In this document: piece by piece, positions 38,219 to 46,664 of the stretch
Position numbering within the stretch: position 1 is the first letter of the stretch
Layout of the letters: each line of letters begins with the position of its first letter
Assembly: GCA_035366835.1 (NCBI GenBank)
Contig: DAOSIS010000005.1
Location: forward strand, 52-64,051
Reading direction: 5' to 3'
DNA: 64,000 bases
DNA from: Syntrophales bacterium
Lineage (GTDB): Bacteria; Desulfobacterota; Syntrophia; Syntrophales; UBA6109
The notes under the pieces: generated by a model
What the model was told of the DNA's origin: nothing
Databases searched by the model: none
What the model saw: only the letters and a program-made list of their open reading frames with translations
Program-made: the position numbers and the translations under genes

Positions 38219-39436
38219 ATGGCAAGAGAGTTGGAAGGAATCCGTATCGTAGAAGTGGGCGGAGCGGTGGCAATGCCGCTTCCGGGGGTCCTCCTGGGCA
38301 GCTGGGGGGCGGAGGTGATTCACGTCGAACCGCCCGGGAAGGGTGACAACTGGCGGCATGTGCTCGGGCAGGGCATGGCCGGCTGGGCGAAACCGCATCC
38401 GATCAACTATTACTGGGAGCATGCGGACCGCAACAAGAAAAGCATCTGCATCAACCTGGCCTCGGCGGAAGGTCAGGCCGTGCTGCACAAGCTCATCGCC
38501 TCCGCCGACATCTTCGTCAACAACCTCAGGCCCTACGAGATGAAGAAATTCAATCTTACGTACGAGGCCATGTCCAAACTCAACCCCAGGCTGATTTACG
38601 CAAATCTGACCGGTTACGGGACCAAGGGCCCGGAAGCGAACGCCGGCGGTTACGATACCGTGGGTTTCTGGGCGCGCAGCGGCGTCATGGATCTGATGCA
38701 CGATGCCGATTCGGCGCCGAACATCTCGCGGCCCTGCTACGGCGACAGCATCACTTCCCTGAGCCTTCTGGCCGGCATGCTGGCCGCGCTGTACATCCGC
38801 GAGAAGACCGGAGTCGCGCAGGCGGTCGAGATCTCGCTGTACAACACGGCCACCTGGGTGCTCGGGTTCGACATCGCCGGATGTCTGATTTCCGGGGAGG
38901 ATGTCGTGCGGCCGCAGCGCAAGACCATGGGAAACCCCATCCGCAACGTCTATCCCACAAAAGACGGCCGCTGGATCATGCTCGGCATGACGAACTCGCA
39001 GACCTACTGGGCGGGCTTCTGCAAGGCCATCGACCGGCCCGATCTCGAGAACGACCCGAAATTCGTCACGCAGGCAGCCAGGGCGCAGAACGCGGCGGAA
39101 CTGGTGCAGATCATCGAGGCGTACTTCAAGGTCCGGACGCTGGCGGAACTGCGGGACAAGCTGAACGCCAACAAGTGCATCTGGTCGCCTGCCGCGACGC
39201 CGCTGGAGGTGACGAAGGACGAGCAGGCCCTTGCGAACGACTTCTTCGTCGAGTGGGACCATCCCAAGTACGGGAAGATCAAGGTCATGAACAACCCGAT
39301 CAAGCTTTCCAAGACCAAGGCGGAAATCGCCTGCCCGGCGCCTGAATTGGGTCAGCACACGGGGGGTCTGATGAAAGGCCTCGGATACTCCGAGGACGAG
39401 ATCGCCAAGCTGAAGGCATCAGGCGCCGTCGCCTGA
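38219..39436 (+). CDS. family III (CaiB/BaiF/Frc-type) acyl-CoA transferase
   Basis: 405 aa; MARELEGIRIVEVGGAVAMPLPGVLLGSWGAEVIHVEPPGKGD...LNPRLIYANLTGYG..GP.....GYDTVGFWARSG...DHPKYGKIKVMNNPIKLS, the family fingerprint. Substrate not inferable. Confidence 0.85.
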   Translation: MARELEGIRIVEVGGAVAMPLPGVLLGSWGAEVIHVEPPGKGDNWRHVLGQGMAGWAKPHPINYYWEHADRNKKSICINLASAEGQAVLHKLIASADIFVNNLRPYEMKKFNLTYEAMSKLNPRLIYANLTGYGTKGPEANAGGYDTVGFWARSGVMDLMHDADSAPNISRPCYGDSITSLSLLAGMLAALYIREKTGVAQAVEISLYNTATWVLGFDIAGCLISGEDVVRPQRKTMGNPIRNVYPTKDGRWIMLGMTNSQTYWAGFCKAIDRPDLENDPKFVTQAARAQNAAELVQIIEAYFKVRTLAELRDKLNANKCIWSPAATPLEVTKDEQALANDFFVEWDHPKYGKIKVMNNPIKLSKTKAEIACPAPELGQHTGGLMKGLGYSEDEIAKLKASGAVA

Positions 39437-39455
39437 AACTTCCCGACCCTGCATC

Positions 39456-39481
39456 CCCCCGGCCGCCGTTCCGGCCGGGGG
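39456..39481 (+). terminator. GC-rich hairpin after the CoA-transferase gene (candidate terminator)
   Basis: CCCCCGGCC-GCCGTTCC-GGCCGGGGG, a perfect 9-bp stem. The trailing T-tract is weak (TGCTTTCC). Confidence 0.45.
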
Positions 39482-39688
39482 TGCTTTCCTGCGGGCCGGG
39501 CAATCCCGGGCTTCCTCCGCCGCGTCATTTGTCCGAAATTGTTCGGCCCGTCTCTCGGGGACAAGGGGGGCCTCCGGTTTGTTGCCGGACTGCGTATTCT
39601 GTCTCATCTTGATGCTCCTGTTGCAGAAAGACACGACCCGCCGTCTCTCCGAGATGGCGACGGCGGAGAGTCCGTGGATGGTCGAGGC

Positions 39689-41782
39689 ATGATGCGGACA
39701 CCTTACAGACAGGACAGCGACTTCAATCCATCCGTTCACCAGCGCCCGCTGCTCGCCGCGTGGAAACGGTTCCTCGAAACCGGTCAGATCACGGCCGACG
39801 TCATTCCGCCGCACATCGCCGAATCGTGGAAACAGAGCCGCGCGAAGGGCGTGGATCCTTTTGTCTGCTCACGCTCGGCGCGACTGGACCCGGGCAGCTT
39901 TGAACGGCGCATCGCCGACCTGCAGTATCTCATCTACATCGCAAAACCTTTCATGGAAAAGATCTATCCGTCGCTCGATCCCCGTCGCTACCTGGTGGTC
40001 CTGTACGACGCGGAGGGATATCATCTGCTGCGGATGGGACGGGTGGCCGCGTTCGAGCGTATCAGCGGTTTTCACATCGAGGGGGGGATCTGTTTCGGGG
40101 AGAACAAGATCGGGACCTGCGGCTTCTCGCTCGTCAAGAAGTTGCGAAGACCCGTTCAGATCGCCGGCTGCGAACACTATGCCGCTTTCATGCATCGCAT
40201 CGTCGGCTCCTACGCGCCCATCAACGACCCCGTCGAGGGCGCCCTGATGGGTGTCATCGGCATTGCCGGGGCGATGACCATGCCCAACCAGCAGACGTTG
40301 GATACGATCGCGTCCGCCAGTGCGGCCATTGAAGATTCCATCAAGCAGGACCACGCACGGCGGATCTTCTCGGTGCAGGGCCGGACGCTGCAGACCATGA
40401 TCGATCACCTGGACGAGGGGATCGCCCTGATCGACCGGGAAGGAAGAATCGCCGAAATCAATCTCGCGGCGAGGACCATTTTCGGCCTCACCGGCGAGGA
40501 CGCGAAAGGTCGGCGGTTGGAGGACATTCTCTCTGCGCCCGAGGCGAGGGGGCTTCTCTCGCTCGCGGAAGGCGATTCGGCCGGATGCGATCGCCCGCTG
40601 GAGATCAGCATCCGCAGCAAGCCCTATGCCGTCCGGGGCCGGCCGGTCCGGGATCCGAAAGAGGGAGACATCGGCCGGATGATCGACCTCAAGGCGCTGC
40701 CGCCGTCTGCAAGAAGTGCGAAGAGGCCGGCGGCGGATCAGGATCCGGTCAAACCGCCGAAGGAAAGCCATCCTCCGCGGAATCCCGTCAGGGAGACCGG
40801 CGCGACGAAGGTCTTCTTTGACACGATGATCGCGTCGAGCTCCAAGATGACGGAGTTGATCGGACTCGGCAGGATGGCGGCGCGCTCCGGCGCCAATATC
40901 ATCATCGAAGGGGAAAGCGGCACCGGCAAGGAGATCTTTGCGCACGCCATACACAACGAGAGCACCCGCAGGGACGCTCCCTTCGTGGCGATCAACTGCT
41001 CGGCCATTCCCGGTGAATTGATGGAGTCCATCCTCTTCGGCCACGAGCAGGGGGCGTTCACGGGGGCACACCAGACGCACATCGGAAAATTCGAGCTTGC
41101 GGACGGCGGCACCGTCTTTCTGGACGAGATCGGCGAGATGCCGGCCGCCATGCAGGCGAAGCTGCTCCGCGTGCTGGAGGAAAAAACGATCGAACGCGTC
41201 GGCGGCAAGAAGGTCCGCCGCGTCGACGTGCGGATCGTCGCCGCTACGAACCGCAACCTCCTCAAGGAAATCCACGCCAACCGGTTCCGCGAGGACCTCT
41301 ATTACCGTTTGAATGTCTTTCGCATCGCCCTGCCCCCCCTGCGCGAACGCAAGCAGGAGATCCGTCATCTCGTCCCCTTCTTCGTGCGGCAGTTCGGTCC
41401 CCTCTTCAACAAGACCGTGGAAAGGATCCAGGAAGACTACTACCGTTGCCTCATGGACTACCCCTGGCCCGGGAACATCCGCGAACTCCGCAACGCCGTC
41501 GAATACTCGATCGCCGTTCTGAACGGCCCGGTCCTGGCGGCGGAGCACGTCCTCGGCTTCTTCCGCCAGCCTTCCGCCGACGGCAACGATCCGGCGGACA
41601 GGACCTTCCCGGGAGGACCGTTGCCCGGCCTCCTCCTGTCGGAACTGGGAGACGCGGCGATCCGCAACGCGCTCAGTGCCGCCGACGGCCACAAGACGAA
41701 GGCGGCGCGGATGCTGGGGATCAGCCGGACCACGCTGCACCGTAGACTCAAGCGAATGGCGGTGCAAGGACCGCCGCAATAG
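39689..41782 (+). CDS. sigma-54-dependent enhancer-binding transcriptional activator (AcoR-like sensory N-terminus, PAS, AAA+, Fis-type HTH)
   Basis: Walker A GESGTGKE, GAFTGA loop (EQGAFTGA), Walker B VFLDEIGEM, C-terminal HTH KTKAARMLGISRTTLHRRLKR. Start taken at MMRTPY inside ORF 39539..41782. Confidence 0.9.
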   Translation: MMRTPYRQDSDFNPSVHQRPLLAAWKRFLETGQITADVIPPHIAESWKQSRAKGVDPFVCSRSARLDPGSFERRIADLQYLIYIAKPFMEKIYPSLDPRRYLVVLYDAEGYHLLRMGRVAAFERISGFHIEGGICFGENKIGTCGFSLVKKLRRPVQIAGCEHYAAFMHRIVGSYAPINDPVEGALMGVIGIAGAMTMPNQQTLDTIASASAAIEDSIKQDHARRIFSVQGRTLQTMIDHLDEGIALIDREGRIAEINLAARTIFGLTGEDAKGRRLEDILSAPEARGLLSLAEGDSAGCDRPLEISIRSKPYAVRGRPVRDPKEGDIGRMIDLKALPPSARSAKRPAADQDPVKPPKESHPPRNPVRETGATKVFFDTMIASSSKMTELIGLGRMAARSGANIIIEGESGTGKEIFAHAIHNESTRRDAPFVAINCSAIPGELMESILFGHEQGAFTGAHQTHIGKFELADGGTVFLDEIGEMPAAMQAKLLRVLEEKTIERVGGKKVRRVDVRIVAATNRNLLKEIHANRFREDLYYRLNVFRIALPPLRERKQEIRHLVPFFVRQFGPLFNKTVERIQEDYYRCLMDYPWPGNIRELRNAVEYSIAVLNGPVLAAEHVLGFFRQPSADGNDPADRTFPGGPLPGLLLSELGDAAIRNALSAADGHKTKAARMLGISRTTLHRRLKRMAVQGPPQ

Positions 41783-41930
41783 TCTTATTCTGACACACCG
41801 GGTCTTGTCACTTGTTTCATAGAGAAACAACCTTGCCCCCTCCACGAATCCGTTCCCTGCCGGCCTTGTCGAGGCCAATATCCTGAATTGACGAGTCAAT
41901 CGGTTTTCGGCCGGCGGCTGCATTTCCGGC

Positions 41931-41946
41931 TGGCATAGGTCCTGCA
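41931..41946 (+). promoter_or_regulatory. sigma-54 (-24/-12) promoter
   Basis: TGGCATAGGTCCTGCA against consensus TGGCACG-N4-TTGCW. GG and GC are at the exact 12-nt register, 66 nt upstream of the ATG at 42012 and directly downstream of the sigma-54 activator gene. Confidence 0.75.
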
Positions 41947-42011
41947 CAATCCCCCTGCGAACGGCGAACGGGGCGCCGTTCAAATTCCCGAAAAAGGAGG
42001 AACGGGTCTTC

Positions 42012-43277
42012 ATGGCAAGAATTTACGAACATCAGGGGAAGCAGTTGCTCGCCGGAGCCGGACTTCGAGTTCCGCGGGGCGAAGTCGCGACGACGCCGGA
42101 GCAGGCGAAGGAAATCGCCCGCAGGATCGGCAAACGCGTGGTGATCAAGGCGCAGGTGTGGACGACGGGGCGGTTCAAGGCCGGCGGGATCAAGTTCGCC
42201 GATACGCCGGAGGAAGCCTGCGTGCGGGCCCGGCAGGTCCTGGAGACGAACATCAAGGGACTTCCCGTGACCAAGGTCCTTGTCGAGGAACTCCTGAAAG
42301 TCGCCCACGAGTACTATGTCGGCATCGTCGTGAACTCGTCCGTGAACATCAAGGCGCCGGTTCTTGTCTTCAGCACGGAGGGCGGAACGGGAATCGAGGA
42401 GGTCGCGGCGAGAAACCCCGAACGTGTCGGGAAACTCCTGATCGATGCGATCGACGGACTGGACATCGGGAGGGTCCGCGACCTTCTGACCCGGATGAAG
42501 GTCGAAGAGGAGCGGCGGGAAGAACTCGCCAACGCGATCTGGGGCCTCTACCGGGTCTTCCGCGATTACGATGCCCGGTCCATTGAGATGAATCCCCTGG
42601 TCTGGACGGACGACGGCCAGGCGTACGCGGCCGATTGCCACGTGACGCTCGATGACGGCTCCATCTTCCGCCACCCCGAATTCGGCATCGAGGTTCCGCG
42701 CGATATGGAGCGGGAACCGACGAAGCTGGAAAAGCTCGCCTGGACGCATATCGAGGAGAGCGATTATCGCGGCACGGGTTATTTTGCGCAGATGGTGACG
42801 GACTACAGGGGGGACAAGGTCTACGTCGGTTTTCACGGGATCGGCGGCGGCGGTTCGATGCTGGGGGCGGCGGCCCTGATCAACAAGGGTTTGAAGATCG
42901 CCAACTACGCCGACACCAGCGGGGATCCGCCCGCCAGCAAGGTGTACAAGGTGGTCAAGGCGATCTTTTCCCAGCCGATCTCCGCGTACGTCATGACCGG
43001 CGCCTGCCTTGCGAACCAGGAGCAGTGGTATCACGCATTCGCGCTGGTCAAGGTCCTCCGGGAGGAGCTCCGGGACCGTCCGGGATTCCCCGTTCTCATC
43101 CTGATTGCCGGCAACCGGGAAAAGGAGGCCATTCAAATTCTGAAAGACGGGCTGAAGGACATGGATATCCGCCTGGAGATCTACGGCCGGGAGTACATCT
43201 ATCGTTCCGACTACATCGGTGAACGCGCGGAAAAGCTCATCGCCGAGTACTTGAATGAAGAAAGGGGGGCGGAGTGA
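42012..43277 (+). CDS. ATP-grasp beta-like subunit of an acyl-CoA synthetase (NDP-forming), ATP-citrate-lyase / citryl-CoA-synthetase branch
   Basis: 421 aa; MARIYEHQGKQLLAGAGLRVPRG...VVIKAQVWTTGRFKAGGIKF (ATP-grasp). C-terminal half HGIGGGGSMLGAAALINKGLKIANYADTSGDPPASKVY resembles the ACL '..ANYGEYSGAPSE..' segment rather than the SucC '..ANFLDVGGGA..' segment (recalled from memory, no alignment run). Confidence 0.75.
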   Translation: MARIYEHQGKQLLAGAGLRVPRGEVATTPEQAKEIARRIGKRVVIKAQVWTTGRFKAGGIKFADTPEEACVRARQVLETNIKGLPVTKVLVEELLKVAHEYYVGIVVNSSVNIKAPVLVFSTEGGTGIEEVAARNPERVGKLLIDAIDGLDIGRVRDLLTRMKVEEERREELANAIWGLYRVFRDYDARSIEMNPLVWTDDGQAYAADCHVTLDDGSIFRHPEFGIEVPRDMEREPTKLEKLAWTHIEESDYRGTGYFAQMVTDYRGDKVYVGFHGIGGGGSMLGAAALINKGLKIANYADTSGDPPASKVYKVVKAIFSQPISAYVMTGACLANQEQWYHAFALVKVLREELRDRPGFPVLILIAGNREKEAIQILKDGLKDMDIRLEIYGREYIYRSDYIGERAEKLIAEYLNEERGAE

Positions 43278-43278
43278 A

Positions 43279-43620
43279 ATGAACGCGAAACGGGACATTC
43301 TTTCCTTTGAGACGAAATGCATGAAAGTCACGATCGACTATTCCCGGTGCGAGGCGGCCCGTTCCGGGGCCGCGAATCCCGGCTGCGGCTTTGCCTGCGT
43401 CAAGGCGGACCGCATGTATGACCGCGGTCTGCTGCGGATCGAGGGCCGCCGGCCGGTACTGGCGGTTCCTCCGGGAGACGCGAAAAAGATCTCCAACGAA
43501 TCCCTGTCCTGGGAGTATGCCTGCAATCAGGCGGGTTGCGGTGCCATCAGGATCGCGGTCCCTTTCCCAGGGCTTGAAGAGTACCGGAAGACGGTCGACC
43601 TTACGGGAAGAAGGAGGTAG
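43279..43620 (+). CDS. small Cys-rich protein of unknown function (possible degenerate ferredoxin-like / Fe-S or Zn module)
   Basis: 113 aa, ATG 1 nt after the upstream stop, ends 4 nt before the next start. Six Cys: C-x9-C-x11-C-x3-C ... C-x4-C (IDYSRCEAARSGAANPGCGFACVKAD ... EYACNQAGCGAIRI). I recognise no family. Confidence 0.5.
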   Translation: MNAKRDILSFETKCMKVTIDYSRCEAARSGAANPGCGFACVKADRMYDRGLLRIEGRRPVLAVPPGDAKKISNESLSWEYACNQAGCGAIRIAVPFPGLEEYRKTVDLTGRRR

Positions 43621-43624
43621 CGCC

Positions 43625-44527
43625 ATGTCCATCATTCTGCAGGAAGGGACCAGCGTCATGATCCAGGGCATCACGGGACGCTTCGGCCAATTCGTGGCCC
43701 GCAACATGCTGGACAACGGCACCAACGTCGTCGCGGGAGTGACGCCGGGCAAGGCGGGGCAGAGGGTATGGGACATCCCCGTCTACGACACGGTGCGCGA
43801 GGCATGGGACGCCCACGGACCCATCGAGACCGCGCTGATCGTCGTGCCTGGTCCCGAGGCCAGGACGGCGCTGATGGAGACCGTCGGCGTCCCCTTCAAG
43901 AACGTTCTCATGGAGATCGAACGCGTCCCCCTCCACGATTCGCTGGCCTGTATCGCCGCCTGCAAGAGGGCGGGAATCCGGCTCATCGGTCCGGGCTCCG
44001 GCGGCATCGTATGCCCGGGCAAGGGTACGCTGGGACTGTTCGGATCTCCGGAAATGGCGGAAATCGCTTTCCATCCCGGCAGAATCGGTGTAATCTCCCG
44101 CAGCGGCGGCCAGACGAGCACCCTGTCCTACGAAGTATGCAAGGCCGGTTTCGGGATCAGCACGGCCGTCAACCTGGGCTCCGAGTCCGTCCTGGGGACG
44201 ACCTTCTCCGAGCTTCTTCCGCTGTTCCAGGAAGACGCCGAAACGGATGCCGTCGTCTACTACGGCGAGATCGGCGGCGTGATGGAAGAGGAGGCGGCGG
44301 ATCTGATGCGTGCGGGCGGGTATCGCAAGCCGCTGGTCGCCTACATCGCCGGGCGCGGCCTGCCTGCGGGCATTCGCTTTTCCCACGCGAGCGCCATCAT
44401 CGAGGGAGGCCGGGGCACCGCCGAAGGGAAGGTGGGGGCCCTCAAGGGGGCCGGGGCGCATGTCGTAGACAACCCCGCCGATATCGGCTCCACGCTGAAA
44501 AAGATATTCTTGAACGTGACTTTCTGA
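43625..44527 (+). CDS. CoA-binding alpha-like subunit of the acyl-CoA synthetase (SucD/CcsB-like)
   Basis: 300 aa, co-linear with E. coli SucD as I remember it: MSIILQEGTSVMIQGITGRFG...GVTPGKAG...VISRSGGQTSTLSYE...; phospho-His loop is FSHASAII instead of MGHAGAII. Confidence 0.85.
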   Translation: MSIILQEGTSVMIQGITGRFGQFVARNMLDNGTNVVAGVTPGKAGQRVWDIPVYDTVREAWDAHGPIETALIVVPGPEARTALMETVGVPFKNVLMEIERVPLHDSLACIAACKRAGIRLIGPGSGGIVCPGKGTLGLFGSPEMAEIAFHPGRIGVISRSGGQTSTLSYEVCKAGFGISTAVNLGSESVLGTTFSELLPLFQEDAETDAVVYYGEIGGVMEEEAADLMRAGGYRKPLVAYIAGRGLPAGIRFSHASAIIEGGRGTAEGKVGALKGAGAHVVDNPADIGSTLKKIFLNVTF

Positions 44528-44546
44528 ACACAAGGGGAGGGTGGGA

Positions 44547-45479
44547 ATGGCTGATGTGAGAATCTGGAGATCGCTGCTTTTCGTGCCGGCCAACAACTGG
44601 AAGATGCTCAACAAGGCGACCGGGGAGCAGGAAGACGCGGTCATCATCGATTTGGAGGACGCCTGTCCCATGGCGGACAAGGAGACGGGACGGACATTTG
44701 CGAGGGACATTTCCCCCCTGTACAAGAAGCAGGGGATCGACGTCCTGGTGCGGATCAACTCCCTCCAGACGCGGGGGCTTACCGCCGAAGACATCAAGAT
44801 CATTGTCCGGGAAGAGCTGGACGGTGTCGTGCTGGCGAAGACGGAGACGGAACAGGACATCCGCGAAGTCGAAAAGCTTCTCGCCGATGCGGAGCAGGCC
44901 AGCGGGCAGACGGGGAAGACCTTGATTCTGCCCCTTCTCGAATCGCCGAAGGGCGTCCAGAACGCCGGCGAAATCGCCGCCGCGAGCGAACGGGTGGCAG
45001 GGCTCGCGTTCGGCGCGGCGGACTTCATGCGCGAGATGGGGGCCGGGTTCGCCGTCACCAAGATGAACCCCGATGAGTATGCGCCCTTCCTGGCTTATCC
45101 CCGTTCGGCGATCTCGGTTGCGGCGGCTGCTGCCGGCATTCTGGCCATCGACACGCCGTTCTTCGGGACGCTGACCGATCAGGAGAGGCTGGAGCGCGAG
45201 GCCCATGCGGTCAGGCTCATGGGTTTCAAAGGAAAACTGGCAATCCATCCCCGACAGCTGGAGACGCTGAATCGCGTGTTCTCGCCGTCCGAGGAGGATG
45301 TCGCACTGAGCCGGCGGATGATCGAGGCCTACCTGAAGGCGGAGGCCGAAGGGAAGGGCGCGGCGACCCTGGACGGCAAGATGATCGATGTCGCGATGTA
45401 CAAGATGGGGATGGAAACCGTCGCCAAGGCGGAGGGGATCGCCGCCAGGGCCGTCCGCAGGAAGGCGGAATCCAACTGA
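44547..45479 (+). CDS. HpcH/HpaI-CitE family acyl-CoA lyase (citryl-/malyl-/citramalyl-CoA lyase-like)
   Basis: 310 aa; RSLLFVPANN...AVIIDLEDA...PLLESPKGV...LAFGAADF... matches the CitE/Mcl metal and substrate motifs. ATG 44547 is preferred over GTG 44541. Confidence 0.85.
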   Translation: MADVRIWRSLLFVPANNWKMLNKATGEQEDAVIIDLEDACPMADKETGRTFARDISPLYKKQGIDVLVRINSLQTRGLTAEDIKIIVREELDGVVLAKTETEQDIREVEKLLADAEQASGQTGKTLILPLLESPKGVQNAGEIAAASERVAGLAFGAADFMREMGAGFAVTKMNPDEYAPFLAYPRSAISVAAAAAGILAIDTPFFGTLTDQERLEREAHAVRLMGFKGKLAIHPRQLETLNRVFSPSEEDVALSRRMIEAYLKAEAEGKGAATLDGKMIDVAMYKMGMETVAKAEGIAARAVRRKAESN

Positions 45480-45587
45480 AGGCTGCCGAAGAGGGCCTTT
45501 CGGGCCCGCCGCAGGGCTCTGCGGCGTCATGCGCGACATCCTCAGGAAAGCCCCGGAAGTTCCTGCCGGGCGTCTTGCGGCGCCCGG

Positions 45588-45620
45588 CATATCGGCGGAG
45601 CGGAGCGCTCCGCCGATATG
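45588..45620. terminator. perfect 14-bp inverted repeat (operon boundary hairpin / candidate terminator or protein-binding site)
   Basis: CATATCGGCGGAGC-GGAGC-GCTCCGCCGATATG. No flanking T-tract on either strand. Confidence 0.4.
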
Positions 45621-45666
45621 AAATCCTGCCGGATTCCGAGAGCGCATCCCGGGAAAGTGATAATTC

Positions 45667-45695
45667 TTGACACATAGCGGGTTCATCGCTATAAG
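45667..45695 (+). promoter_or_regulatory. sigma-70 promoter of the SDH-like operon
   Basis: TTGACA, exactly 17 nt, then TATAAG, 125 nt upstream of the ATG at 45820. Confidence 0.7.
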
Positions 45696-45819
45696 ACGGC
45701 AGTTTTCCGTTCATGACTGGGGCTCATGCGTCGCGGACAGATTGTCCACGACATGAGCCAGGTTCCCTTCGTTCGAAACATTCAACATTCTTTTCACATC
45801 TTCTTGGGGGGATAGAATT

Positions 45820-46647
45820 ATGAAGGTTCTGGAGGAGCGTCGCGGGCTCAGCGTCGCGCTGCTGCAGGTTCTGGAGAGGTTGCCGGTTCTTTCCTGCTAC
45901 GCGAAGACCCACGGGTGGAACTACGTCGTCAGCTGGTTGCATCGCCTGACGGGGATCGGCCTCGTCGTTTACCTGGGCATTCACCTTTACACCCTTTCGT
46001 CGCTTTCCACGCCGTCCGTCTACGACGCGAAGATGAGGATAATGTATCTGCCGATCGTCGTATTCCTTGCCTGGGCCTCGTCGCTGATGGTCGCGTTTCA
46101 CGCCCTGAACGGAGGCCGGCTGATCCTTTACGAGTCCTTCGGAAACCGGAACGACGAGACGATGATCCGCTGGACCTTCGGCCTGACCGTCTCGTATGCG
46201 CTCCTGCTGGGCATTCTCATGCTGATGAACAATCAGAACGTTTCGGCGGTCTTCTTCTGGCTGCTGACATTTTTCGCCGGCCTGGCCACAGCGTACGCCG
46301 TTGCGTCCCGCATCTGGAACACCAAGCACTCGGCCTGGTGGAAGCTCCAGCGGATCAGCGGCGCCTTCCTGGTCATCGCGATTCCGGCGCATCTGGTCTT
46401 CTCGCACCTCAACCCGGGGATGGCGCAGGAGGCGCAGGCGGTGATCGCCCGCATGCAGAATCTCTTCATCCGCTTCGTCGATCTGGTCCTTGCGGCCGCG
46501 GCGCTGTACCACACCGGCTACGGGCTCTACTCGATCGCTACGGATTACGTCTCCGCCGGTGCGGTCCGGACGGCTCTGGCGGTCCTGATCGCCGTCGTCG
46601 TCGCCGTGTTCGGCTTTCTGGCGCTCAAGTTGACACTGTTCATCTAA
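45820..46647 (+). CDS. fused SdhC-SdhD-like membrane anchor (cytochrome b) of a complex II paralogue
   Basis: 275 aa, about 6 TM helices. The N-half (WLHRLTGIGLVVYLGIHLY...AFHALNGGRLI) parallels the separate SdhC at 58544. The C-half (WWKLQRISGAFLVIAIPAHLVFSHL...LYHTGYGLYSI) parallels SdhD at 58995 (LHMAVVHL...LYHGFYGLRTI). Confidence 0.75.
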   Translation: MKVLEERRGLSVALLQVLERLPVLSCYAKTHGWNYVVSWLHRLTGIGLVVYLGIHLYTLSSLSTPSVYDAKMRIMYLPIVVFLAWASSLMVAFHALNGGRLILYESFGNRNDETMIRWTFGLTVSYALLLGILMLMNNQNVSAVFFWLLTFFAGLATAYAVASRIWNTKHSAWWKLQRISGAFLVIAIPAHLVFSHLNPGMAQEAQAVIARMQNLFIRFVDLVLAAAALYHTGYGLYSIATDYVSAGAVRTALAVLIAVVVAVFGFLALKLTLFI

Positions 46648-46664
46648 GAAAAGGGGGACGCGCG

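Noticed and set aside
37914-38346. Small plus-strand ORFs (80 aa and 101 aa) in the intergenic region before the CoA-transferase gene
   Set aside because: Arg-rich, no RBS, mutually overlapping or overlapping the CoA-transferase start. They look like chance ORFs in GC-rich DNA.
39869-42013. 714-aa minus-strand ORF antisense to the sigma-54 activator gene
   Set aside because: The plus-strand frame carries unmistakable AAA+/GAFTGA/HTH motifs. The antisense product has none.
45388-45621. 77-aa plus-strand ORF running from inside the CitE gene into the intergenic palindrome
   Set aside because: It is out of frame within a well-supported gene, and its tail is simply the translated hairpin. There is no RBS.
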